A stretch of 64,000 nt of DNA from Eledone cirrhosa (lineage: Eukaryota): contig OZ024766.1 of assembly GCA_964016885.1 (NCBI GenBank), forward strand, positions 20,336,001-20,400,000, read 5' to 3'. Positions 52,820-64,000 of this stretch are shown here, piece after piece. The translations under genes and the position numbers were made by a program. The first letter of the stretch is position 1; every line of letters starts with the position of its first letter. Under the pieces are notes generated by a model, which saw nothing but the letters and a program-made list of their open reading frames with translations, searched no databases and was not told the DNA's origin.

Positions 52820-53908
52820 TGTGATGTGGTGGCCACGATTGGATTGTCAGGGTATGTTTGCTTCTTGCAGCTCTGTTCTACATCCCCGGGGGTCGCGTTT
52901 CAGTTTTTATCCACCCCCGGGACGACAAACAGCGGATGAAGGGGAAGTTGTAATTCAAAGTAGAAGCTGTTTTGTTTACGGTGTGGTGGTCATGGTAAGC
53001 TTGTCAGCGCACCAGTGGTTGATACAGCTCTGTTCTACATCCCGGGGGGTCGCGTTTCACTTTTTATCCTCCCCCTGGGACGGCAAACAGCGAAGGAAGT
53101 TGCAATTCCAACTGAAAGCTTGTTGTTTATGTGGTTGCCACGATTGGATTGTCAGTAGTTCAGAGACCGATACACCTCCGTTCAATACCCTGGGGGGTCA
53201 CCATCAACTTTTTAGCGACCCCATGGAGGGCAAACACAACGGAAGCAGGTAAACTACAATGTTTGTAACATTCTAAATGAAATCTGTTTTTGTTTACGAT
53301 GTGGTGGCTACGGTTGGATTGTCAGGGTATGTTTGGTTCATGCAGCTCTATTCTACATCCCCGGGGGTCACCATCCACTTTTTATCCACCCCCGGGAGGG
53401 CAAACAACGAAGGAAGTCGCAATTCCAACTGAAAGCTTGTTGTTTACGATGTGGTGGCCACCATTGGATTGTCAGGGTGTGTTTGGTTCATGCAGCTCTA
53501 TTCTACATCCCCGGGGGTCACCATCCACCCCCGGGGAGGGCAAACAGCGAAGGAAGTTGCAATTCCAACTGAAAGCTTGTTGTTTACGATGTGGTGGCCA
53601 CCATTGGATTGTCAGGGTGTGTTTGGTTCATGCAGCTCTATTCTACATCCCCGGGGGTCACCATCCACTTTTTATCCACCCCCGGGGAGGGCAAACAACG
53701 AAGGAAGTTGCAATTCCAACTGAAAGCTTGTTGTTTACGATGTGGTGGCCACCATTGGATTGTCAGGGTGTGTTTGGTTCACGCAGCTCTATTCTACATC
53801 CCCGGGGGTCACCATCCACCCCCGGGGAGGGCAAACAGCGAAGGAAGTTGCAATTCCAACTGAAAGCTTGTTGTTTACGATGTGGTGGCCACGATTGGAT
53901 TGTCAGGG
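52820..53908. repeat. 140/150-bp tandem repeat with ATTGG and CCCCGGGGG motifs in CBLL1 intron 1
   Basis: Units start near 53292, 53442, 53582, 53733 and 53873, with degenerate copies upstream. Confidence 0.88.
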
Positions 53909-53959
53909 TAAAAGTGTCTGATACAGCTCATGGTAGGGTTGTCGTGTGTCATACAGCTA

Positions 53960-55530
53960 TGTTTAACAGCATGGGTTAGACGGGAGGTGTCCCACTTGAG
54001 GCAAGGTTGGTCGGGTGACTGTGTCTCGCTCGTATAGGACTGTATGGCGGGTTTTCTACGGCTGGATGCCCTTCCTAACACCAACCACGTTTACAGTGTG
54101 GACTGGGAGTCTTTTTACTGTGTCTCCTACATGACCACTTTACAGTGTGGACTGGGAGCCTTTTTACTGTGTCTCCTACATGACCACTTTACAGTGTGGA
54201 CTGGGAGCCTTTTTACTGTGTCTCCTACATGACCACTTTACAGTGTGGACTGGGAGCCTTTTTACTGTGTCTCCTACATGACCACTTTACAGTGTGGACT
54301 GGGAGCCTTTTTACTGTGTCTCCTACATGACCACTTTACAGTGTGGACTGGGAGTCTTTTTACTGTGTCTCCTACATGACCACTTTACAGTGTGGACTGG
54401 GAGCCTTTTTACTGTGTCTCCTACATAACCACTTTACAGTGTGGACTGGGAGCCTTTTTACTGTGTCTCCTACATGACCACTTTACAGTGTGGACTGGGA
54501 GCCTTTTTACTGTGTCTCCTACATGACCACTTTACAGTGTGGACTGGGAGCCTTTTTACCGTGTCTCCTACATGACCACTTTACAGTGTGGACTGGGAGC
54601 CTTTTTACTGTGTCACCTACATGACCACTTTACAGTGTGGACTGGGAGCCTTTTTACCGTGTCTCCTACATGACCACTTTACAGTGTGGACTGGGAGCCT
54701 TTTTACTGTGTCTCCTACATGACCACTTTACAGTGTGGACTGGGAGCCTTTTTACTGTGTCTCCTACATGACCACTTTACAGTGTGGACTGGGAGCCTTT
54801 TTACTGTGTCTCCTACATGACCACTTTACAGTGTGGACTGGGAGCCTTTTTACCGTGTCTCCTACATGACCACTTTACAGTGTGGACTGGGAGCCTTTTT
54901 ACTGTGTCACCTACATGACCACTTTACAGTGTGGACTGGGAGCCTTTTTACCGTGTCTCCTACATGACCACTTTACAGTGTGGACTGGGAGCCTTTTTAC
55001 TGTGTCTCCTACATGACCACTTTACAGTGTGGACTGGGAGCCTTTTTACTGTGTCTCCTACATGACCACTTTACAGTGTGGACTGTGAGGTTTTTACCGT
55101 GTTACCTACACGGCCACATTACAGTATGGACTGTGTGTTTTTTTGTCGTGACACCTACACGACCTCATTTATTTAGGACTGGATGTTGTGGTACCAACAT
55201 AACTTTACAGAGAAAGGGGTGGTGTTGATGGGGGCTGGAGAATGGTGTTGGGGTGTATGTTTGATTTGGAGGGGCCTACTGACTGTAGGAAGTTTCGCTT
55301 TGTACATAGGCAAGGCGGGTCTTCTGTATTACTGCGTGGCGCCAAAGATCTCGGTCCAGTGACATTGTCTTGGAGAGGTGTAAGTGTGTAAGATCAGAAT
55401 TTATCAGATCGTCCCAGGTTTCTCTGGGTCTACCTACTCCGTAACTTCCGTCAATTTTTATCGCCCTGCACTTTTTTATGCAGCTGTCGTCTTTCATACA
55501 CATAACATGACCATACCAACGTAGTAAACA
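53960..55530 (-). mobile_element. 5'-truncated RTE-like LINE with 49-bp array (~54090-55083) in its 3' UTR
   Basis: WYGHVM.M...GRPRETWDD...DRDLWR C-terminus of RTE ORF at 55276-55520. Confidence 0.8.
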
Positions 55531-55660
55531 GCAATCTGATCCCTCTTATTCCTAATTTCTCACTTAGTTCATTTATGTTTTGCCATGATATATATATATA
55601 TGTGTGTGTGTGTTTTTTTTCCTCTGTATTTATTTGATTTTGGTGTTGTTTTTTCCCCAG

Positions 55661-55837
55661 ATCTCGAGTTGGAGTGTGAAAATGAAGCCCCTGGGAGTTC
55701 TAACTCACAGTCAGTTCGTAAAAACATAGCTATCAAGTTGAAACCGATGAAAAGTCGACCAAAGGGTCGCAAAACCAGGAGTACTAGACCTAGCAAACCT
55801 ACCAGTACTGATGGCCTGGACAGCTCCGATGACCAAT
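55661..55837 (+). CDS. CBLL1: CBLL1/Hakai exon 2 (DLELECENE...VRKNIAIKLKP...DDQ)
   Basis: ccag|AT...T|gtatgt, phase 1-1; VRxxIxIKL resembles the Hakai N-terminus. Confidence 0.82.
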
Positions 55838-55865
55838 GTATGTATATGATACTTTCATTTCTTTT

Positions 55866-55959
<94 letters not shown>

Positions 55960-55962
<3 letters not shown>

Positions 55963-57130
55963 AGTCCACACTGTAAAGTGGTCATGTAGGTGTCACAACA
56001 AAAAGTACCCAGTCCACACTGTAAAGTGGTCATGTAGGTGACAACAAAAAGTACCCAGTCCACACTGTAAAGTGGTCATGGAGGTGTCACAACAAAAAGT
56101 ACCCAGTCCACACTGTAAAGTGGTCATGTAGGTGTCACAACAAAAAGTACCCAGTCCACACTGTAAAGTGGTCATGTAGGTGTCACAACAAAAAGTACCC
56201 AGTCCACACTGTAAAGTGGTCATGTAGGTGTCACAACAAAAAGTACCCAGTCCACACTGTAAAGTGGTCATGTAGGTGTCACAACAAAAAGTACCCAGTT
56301 CACTCTGTAAAGTGGTCATGTAGGTGTCACAACAAAAAACACCCAGTCCACACTGTAAAGTGGTCATGTAGGTGTCACAACAAAAAGTACCCAGTCCACA
56401 CTGTAAAGTGGTCATGTAGGTGTCACAACAAAAGACACCCAGTCCACACTGTAAAGTGGTCATGTAGGTGTCACAACAAAAGGTACCCAGTCCACACTGT
56501 AAAGTGGTCATGTAGGTGTCACAACAAAAAGCACCCAGTCCACACTGTAAAGTGGTCATGTAGGTGTCACAACAAAAAGTACCCAGTCCACACTGTAAAG
56601 TGGTCATGTAGGTGTCACAACAAAAGTACCCAGTCCACACTGTAAAGTGGTCATGTAGGTGTCACAACAAAAAGTACCCAGTCCACACTGTAAAGTGGTC
56701 ATGTAGGTGTCACAACAAAAAGTACCCAGTCCACACTGTAAAGTGGTCATGTAGGTGTCACAACAAAAAGTACCCAGTCCACACTGTAAAGTGGTCATGT
56801 AGGTGTCACAACAAAAAGTACCCAGTCCACACTGTAAAGTGGTCATGTAGGTGTCACAACAAACAGTACCCAGTCCACACTGTAAAGTGGTCATGTAGGT
56901 GTCACAACAAAAAGTACCCAGTCCACACTGTAAAGTGGTCATGTAGGTGTCACAACAAACAGTACCCAGTCCACACTGTAAAGTGGTCATGTAGGTGTCA
57001 CAACAAAAAGTACCCAGTCTACACTGTAAAGTGGTCATGTAGGTGTCACAACAAAAAGTACCCAGTCCACTCTGTAAAGTGGTCATGTAGGTGTCACAAC
57101 AAACAGCACCCAGTCCACACTGTAAAGTGG
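55960..57130. repeat. 48-bp minisatellite, inverted relative to the 54090 array
   Basis: CCCAGTCCACACTGTAAAGTGGTCATGTAGG units at 48-bp spacing. Confidence 0.95.
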
Positions 57131-57473
57131 TTGGCACCTAGCTGTAGAAAAAAAATCATCATCATGATTTTACGTCCACTTTTCCCTGCTTGCAAGGGTG
57201 GGACGGGAACTGATTCTGGCTTGATTTCTACAGCTGGATGCCCTTCCTAACACCAACCTCATTTACAGTGAGTGCTGGGTGCTTTTTTGCTGTGGCACCT
57301 CCACGACCACTTTACAGTGAGGGCTGGGTGCTTTTTTTCCGTGGCACCTCCACGACCACTTTACAGTGAGTGCTGGGTGCTTTTTTGCAGTGGCACCTCC
57401 ACGACCACTTTGATGATGATGATACAATAATTATGAGCTATGACTATGACATTTATTTTTTCCCCTCTAACAG

Positions 57474-57565
57474 ATATGAACAGCTCCTGTGAAAGTCCCA
57501 TATCGAAGACACTCAGCCCTTCAGAATCCCCTTTTTCCTGTCAATCCCTTCATTGGAATCACAAG
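57474..57565 (+). CDS. CBLL1: CBLL1/Hakai exon 3 (YMNSSCESP...LHWNHK)
   Basis: cag|AT...AAG|gtcagt, phase 1-0. Confidence 0.85.
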
Positions 57566-58211
57566 GTCAGTAGGGGACATGGTTTAGCCCTCCTTCATAT
57601 CATTTATCTAAAAACCTTTGTTAAGTTATCTTCCAACCACCCCTGGTTCTATGATACAAAAGTTGTTTGTTTTAAAGTGTTTATATTTATCTAAAAACCT
57701 TCCATCATAATTTTATGTAAGAACCCTTGTTAAGTTATGTTCCATTAGAAATATGGTAATGAAAGGGTTAAAGTGTTTATATTTCATGTAAGAACCTTTT
57801 TTAAGTTATGTTCCATTAGAAATATGGTAATGAAAGGGTTAAAGTGTTTACATTTCATGTAAGAACCTTTGTTATGTTATGTTCCATTAGAAATATGGTA
57901 ATGAAAGGGTTAAAGTGTTTATATTTTATGTAAGAACCTTTGTTAAGTTATGTTCCATTAGAAATATGGTAATGAAAGGGTTAAAGTGTTTATATTTATG
58001 TAAGAACCTTTGTTATGTTATGTTCTATTAGAAATATGGAAATGAAAGGGTTAAAGTGTTTATATTTATCTAAAAACCTTCCAACAAAATTTTATGTAAG
58101 AACCTTTGTTAAGTTATGTTCCAAACACCTTAGACAGTGTCGTTGAAAACTTTCCTCAAATGGAATATATTCAAGTACTTATATTTGTGTTATGTCTTTA
58201 ATTAATTACAG

Positions 58212-58298
58212 GTGAATCTAATAGGTGTAAAAGTTACTGACCCTGTTATACACTGCTGTGAAAAATGCTGTTTACCAATTCTAACTTATGGGAGAATG
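58212..58298 (+). CDS. CBLL1: CBLL1/Hakai exon 4, RING start (VNLIGVKVTDPVIHCCEKCCLPILTYGRM)
   Basis: H.C.KC.LPI..YGRM Hakai signature; canonical splice sites. Confidence 0.94.
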
Positions 58299-58409
58299 GT
58301 AAGTGCTGGGTTGGTCTTCTCTTTTAAATCTTCTCCCTTTCACTCGTGGTTTTACTCATTACATAAACAGAATGGTGGGCATTATATATATATGGGCGGT
58401 GGATTTGCA

Positions 58410-58740
58410 GTATCGGTAGAGGGTCGAACGCCATGCTTTGACGCATAGAGTTACGGCCCTTGCCATTCTGAGTTCAAATCCCACCGAGCTTAACTTTGCC
58501 TTTCATCCTTACGGGGTCGATAAAATGAAGTACCAGTAATGCACTGGGGTAATTGCTGGCCTTGTGCCCCCCAAAAGTAGAAACCGTTATTACGGGGTCA
58601 GTAAAATAAAGTACCAGTAATACACTGGGGTAATTGCTGGCCTTGTGCCCCCAAAAGTAGAAACATTTATTACGGGGTCAGTAAAATAAAGTACCAGTAA
58701 TGCACTGGGGGAATTGCTGGCCTTGTGCCAAAAAGTAGAA
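58410..58740 (+). mobile_element. tRNA-derived SINE with ~3 tandem 3' units
   Basis: GAGTTCAAATCC B box, ACTTTGCCTTTCATCCTTACGGGGTCGATAAAATGAAGTACCAG body. Confidence 0.72.
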
Positions 58741-58846
58741 AGAATTATATATATATATATATATATATAACAAAGGAATTGTGGTAAGGAACCAGATGGA
58801 CCATAACGCACCAGAGTACTCAATACTTAGGGTAGTAGAGTGGGAA

Positions 58847-58972
58847 ATAGGAAAAAGTATGACCCCGACGGTAGAGCTCAAGCTGTTTCGACGGGTATTT
58901 CTGGACTAAATGGTCCAGAAATAGCCGTCGAAACGGCTTGAGCTCTACCGTCGGGGTCATACATTTTCCTAT
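58847..58972. repeat. 126-bp hairpin, 60-bp arms with 6-nt loop
   Basis: Arms complementary with ~3 mismatches. Confidence 0.88.
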
Positions 58973-59112
58973 ATATATATATATATATATATATAATGTA
59001 GGAGGTGAGTTTTATTGTAGTACAATAAAGCAATGCAGATATCGGATAAGAAGCACTCTACAGTTTGTAAGACTGGAGTAAACTTATATATTATATATAT
59101 ATATATATATAT

Positions 59113-60542
59113 ATCATCATCATCATCATTTTACGTCCACTTTTCCCTGCTTGCCAGCGTGGGACGGGTCCTATTCAGCACAGCATCTCTCCACTTGTCA
59201 CGGTCCTTCGTCATCTCCTCCGTGAGCTTCAGCTACCTGAGGTCAGCTCTCACCACCTCCGCCCATGTTTTTCGTGGTCTTCCTCTACTGCGTCTTCCTT
59301 CCACTGGGATTTCTCGGCACTTCTTTACCCAGCGATCATCCTCCATGTCCATAACATTGCAGTCTTCTCTCCCACACAACACAACTTATCCCTCTCAGAC
59401 ACAGTTTCTCTCTCAACTTGTCCATGCTTGGTCATTCACGCACATTGACACTGCACATCCAACGGAGCATGTTTGCTTCATTTCTCTGCAGTTGCTGTCC
59501 ATGTCTCACTGCCATGCAGCATCGCGCATCTCACACAGGCATCATATAACCGGCCTTTCGTACACAGGATCCCTTCTTTGTCGACAGAGGAAGCAGCTCC
59601 CTAAACTTCTTCCAACCCTTCCTTATTCTAGATACTATGGCCTCGGAGCACCCCCCTCTCTTGCTAATCTGATCACCTAGGTACCGGAAGCTATCCACCA
59701 CTTCTATAGCGCCCTCCTGCATTTAAAAAACGTGCCTATCACTGCGACTTCTACTGTCTAATTTCCCTGTATATCTACTACACTACATATGTAGTTTTCC
59801 CTACCTGTTAGTTTGCCTGCTATCCCTCTAGCTCCTCTACTGATTCTGCTATAAGAACCAGATCTTCAGCATAGAGAAGTTCCCATGGACAGCCAGTCTT
59901 AAACTCCTTTGTTAGGGCTCCAAGAACAGAAGTGGGCTGAGGACCAAACCTTTTGTCTCAGCTAGGTTCACTCTCAGTCCTCTTGTTTCCAACTGCTGTT
60001 TCCATAGCCAGAGTTTATTCTCTATCTTCTCTACTGATTCTGCTATAAGAACCAGATCTTCAGCACAGAGAAGTTCCCATGGACAGCCAGTCTTAAACTC
60101 CTCTGTTAGGGCTCCAAGAACAGAAGTGGGCTGAGGACTGAACCTTGTCTTAGCTCGGTTCACTCTCAGTCCTCTTGCTTCCAACTGCTGTTTCCATAGC
60201 CAGAGTTTATTCTCTAGCTCCTCTACTGATTCTGCTATAAGAACCAGATCTTCAGCATAGAGAAGTTCCCATGGACAGCCAGTCTTAAACTCCTTTGTTA
60301 GGGCTCCAAGAACAGAAGTGGGCTGAGGCCAAACCTTTTGTCTTAGCTGGGTTCACTCTCAGTCCTCTTGCTTCCAACTGCTGTTTCCATAGCCAGAGTT
60401 TATTCTCTAGCTCCTCTACTGATTCTGCTATAAGAACCAGATCTTCAGCATAGAGAAGTTCCCATGGATAGCCAGTCTTAAACTCCTCTGTTATGGCTTG
60501 GAGAACTATAATGAATACAAGTGAGCTGAGGACCGAAACCTG
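59113..60542 (-). mobile_element. Decayed RTE-like LINE: RT and C-terminal fragments with a ~193-bp segment present four times
   Basis: GCPWELLYAEDLVLIAES, VDSFRYLGDQIS..GGC, GRPRKTW, (TGA)n tail. Confidence 0.82.
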
Positions 60543-60693
60543 AATATTTCTACTCCTTTTCTACATATCAAACATGGCCATTTCCCTGATGGAATCAGAA
60601 TTTTGTCCTCTTTTCTACTTACCAATACTTTATCACATTTATAAACCAAAATTTGGTTAAATTTTCTATATTTTCTGTTGTTTTCCTACCCAG

Positions 60694-60755
60694 ATACCCT
60701 GCAAGCATGTTTTTTGTTTTGACTGTGCTAAAAAGACTGAAAAAACTTGTCCAAG
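60694..60755 (+). CDS. CBLL1: CBLL1/Hakai exon 5, RING (IPCKHVFCFDCAKKTEKTCP)
   Basis: IPCKHVFCxDCA motif; cag|ATA...AG|gtatgt. Confidence 0.95.
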
Positions 60756-61132
60756 GTATGTATCACCCCTTTTTTCAATCCCTAATTTCTGAAATCCTCA
60801 AAAAGTTAGTTATATTACTAAATCCTAATTTGTTAAGATTTGTTTTTGAAATTATTTCAAGATCCGTCTTTCGTTAGAAATATGGTGACGAAAGGGTTAA
60901 AGTGTTTATATTTATCTAAAAACCTATGTCATGTTATGTTCCATTAGAAATATGGTGACAAAAGGGTTAAAGTGTTTATATTTATCTAAAAACGTTTAAG
61001 TTATGTTCCAACCACCCCTGGTTATATGATACAAAAGTTATTTTATTTGAAAGTGTTTATATTTATCTAAAAAGCTTCCATAATAATTTTTATGTAAGAA
61101 CCTATATTAAGTTATGTTCCAAACACCATAGA

Positions 61133-62990
61133 CAGTACACTCTGTAAAGTGGTAGTGTTGGTGTCATGATATAAGACACCCAGTACACTCTGTAAAGTGG
61201 TAGTGTTGGTGTCATGATATAATACACCCAGTACACTCTGTAAAGTGGTAGTGTTGGTGTCATGATATAAGACACCCAGTACACTCTGTAAAGTGGTAGT
61301 GTTGGTGTCATGATATAATACACCCAGTACACTCTGTAAAGTGGTAGTGTTGGTGTCATGATATAATAAACCCAGTACACTCTGTACAGTGGTAGTGTTG
61401 GTGTCATGACATAAGACACCCAGTACACTCTGTAAAGTGGTAGTGTTGGTGTCATGATATAATACACCCAGTACACTCTGTAAAGTGGTAGTGTTGGTGT
61501 CATGATATAATACACCCAGTACACTCTGTAAAGTGGTAGTGTTGGTGTCATGATATAAGACACCCAGTACACTCTGTAAAGTGGTAGTGTTGGTGTCATG
61601 ATATAATACACCCAGTACACTCTGTAAAGTGGTAGTGTTGGTGTCATGATATAATAAACCCAGTACACTCTGTACAGTGGTAGTGTTGGTGTCATGACAT
61701 AAGACACCCAGTACACTCTGTAAAGTGGTAGTGTTGGTGTCATGATATAATACACCCAGTACACTCTGTAAAGTGGTAGTGTTGGTGTCATGATATAATA
61801 CACCCAGTACACTCTGTAAAGTGGTAGTGTTGGTGTCATGATATAATACACCCAGTACACTCTGTAAAGTGGTAGTGTTGGTGACATGATATAATACACC
61901 CAGTACACTCTGTAAAGTGGTAGTGTTGGTGTCATGATATAATACACCCAGTACACTCTGTAAAGTGGTAGTGTTGGTGACATGATATAATACACCCAGT
62001 ACACTCTGTAAAGTGGTAGTGTTGGTGTCATGATATAATACACCCAGTACACTCTGTAAAGTGGTAGTGTTGGTGTAATGATATAATACACCCAGTACAC
62101 TCTGTAAAGTGGTAATGTTGATGTATATGATAACATACACCCAGTACACTCTGTAAAGTGGTAGTGTTGATGTATATGATAACATACACCCAGTACACTC
62201 TGTAAAGTGGTAGTGTTGATGTATATGATAACATACACCCAGTACACTCTGTAAAGTGGTAGTGTTGATGTATATGATAACATACACCCAGTACACTCTG
62301 TAAAGTGGTAGTGTTGATGTATATGATAACATACACCCAGTACACTCTGTAAAGTGGTAGTGTTGGTGTCATGATATAATACACCCAGTACACTCTGTAA
62401 AGTGGTAGTGCTGGTGTCATAATGTAATACACCCAGTACACTGTAAAGTGGTAGTGCTGATGTCATGATATAATACACCCAGTACACTCTGTAAAGTGGT
62501 AGTGTTGGTGTCATGATATAATACACCCAGTACACTCTGTAAAGTGGTAGTGCTGGTGTCATATTATAATACACCCAGTACACTCTGTAAAGTGGTAGTG
62601 TTGGTGTCATGATATAATACACCCAGTACACTCTGTAAAGTGGTAGTGCTGGTGTCATATTATAATACACCCAGTACACTCTGTAAAGTGGTAGTGTTGG
62701 TGTCATGATATAATACACCCAGTACACTCTGTAAAGTGGTAGTGCTGGTGTCATGATGTAATACACCCAGTACACTCTGTAAAGTGGTAGTGCTGGTGAC
62801 ATGATGTAATACACCCAGTACACTCTGTAAAGTGGTAGTGCTGATGTCATGATATACTACACCCAGTACACTCTGTAAAGTGGTAGTGGTGGTGTCATGA
62901 TATAATACACCTAGTACACTCTGTAAAGTGGTAGTTAGTGTTGGTGTCATGATATAATACACCCAGTACACTCTGTAAAGTGGTAGTGTT
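61133..62990. repeat. 48-bp minisatellite (ACCCAGTACACTCTGTAAAGTGGTAGTG...)
   Basis: Direct reading; core shared with the SINE-derived arrays. Confidence 0.95.
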
Positions 62991-63022
62991 GTGTTATCCT
63001 TGTCTCTTCTTTCTTTCTACAG

Positions 63023-63510
63023 GTGTGGTGACCCTGTGCAGAGAATTGAGCAGTCTGCCCTGGGGTCGGTGTTTGTGTGCACGTTTGGGGGTGCAAAGCA
63101 TGGAGTCTCCGGGTGCAGAAGGACGTACCTCTCCCAGCGGGACCTGCAAGCTCACATCAATCACCGCCACCTGCGACAGGGAGCAGGACCAGAACCTCCT
63201 ACGCAACAATCAAGCTCAAAACCTCAAGGACCTGGGCCAGGCCAGGGTCAGCCGCTGCTGCAGCAAGCCCCGCCGCCGTCATCGTCATCATCATCATCAT
63301 CGTCGTCGTCACAGCAGCAGCAGCAGCAGGGTGTAGGGCTGTCGTCTGTGGCCGGCGGTAGCAGCCAAGCGCCGTCTGGTGGGCAGCAGGGCCAGGGCGG
63401 GGGTGTTGGCGCGGCGGGCCAGGGGCAGGGACACTCTGGGCATCTCCTGGCTCCTCCGCACCACGGCCGAGGTCCTACCCCGGCCCACGCCCACGGCCAC
63501 ATGGCACAGA

Positions 63511-63553
<43 letters not shown>

Positions 63554-64000
63554 ACAGTCACAACAACAACAAAGTAGAACTGGACAACAACAACAACAAC
63601 AACAACAACACCAACAGCAGCAGCAACAACCACCGCCGCAGGGCGTCGTCGTCCACGCGGGGCACCAGCCCGTAGCCAACAGCTACATCGCTGCCCCAAC
63701 CTCGGTGGGGTCTCAGCCCATGTCAGCGCTTGACCTCTTGACCTCGATTAGCCAGCAGCAGCAGCAGCAACAACAACAACAACAACATGAACAGCTTGTG
63801 TACCTGCACCACTCTATGGACGAGTCGCAGATGGTCGCCCAAGCCCCCGGGGGTCCCCCTCCGCCGCTCCTCGCCCTCCCCCACCAGCATCAGCACCACC
63901 ACCAACAGCAGCAGCATTTGCAGGGCCACCCTCCGCCCCTGCCGGGCCACCATGCGCCCGCGGGGGTGGCGATGGTCGGCGGGGGGGCGGGCGGGATGGG
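63023..64000 (+). CDS. CBLL1: CBLL1/Hakai exon 6: HYB module ([10 protein letters not shown]...[20 protein letters not shown]) plus Q/P/G/H-rich tail; open to window end
   Basis: [17 protein letters not shown] is diagnostic for Hakai. The frame is open to 64000, so it is absent from the ORF track. Confidence 0.95.

Noticed and set aside
52680-53252. 190-aa ORF at the promoter
   Set aside because: Reads through the CBLL1 exon 1 donor into intronic repeat; only MAAEE is supported
61102-62850. Repeat-protein ORFs (also 152-1144, 6722-7481, 14191-15707, 41299-42879)
   Set aside because: Translations of intronic minisatellites that happen to be stop-free, with no splice or domain support

Overview
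Eukaryotic (animal) genomic DNA, most likely an octopod cephalopod, inferred from the repeat families and microsatellite load. Two intron-rich genes lie head to head around a shared promoter near 52.7 kb. On the minus strand is a USP19-like deubiquitinase: 24 exons traced by GT/AG boundaries and phase continuity, encoding two CS domains, a SIAH-degron-like motif, a USP Cys box, a QHDAQEF box and a MYND finger. It continues past the window start. On the plus strand is CBLL1/Hakai: 6 exons, RING plus HYB zinc module and a Q/P/G/H-rich tail, continuing past the window end. Most ORF-track entries are artefacts of microsatellites and minisatellites. Introns hold tRNA-derived SINEs, RTE-type and Tx1/L1-type LINE remnants, TTAA-ended MITE pieces, and many tandem arrays grown from those elements. 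Most notable: three unrelated minimal type I hammerhead-ribozyme motifs in USP19 introns, one duplicated in a ~290 bp inverted repeat. Also notable are a 1-nt frame discontinuity in USP19 exon 9, inverted minisatellite arrays bracketing a skippable Hakai exon, repeated local duplications of exon boundaries, and microsatellite-embedded Tx1-like insertions. All calls were made by eye, with no database searches.
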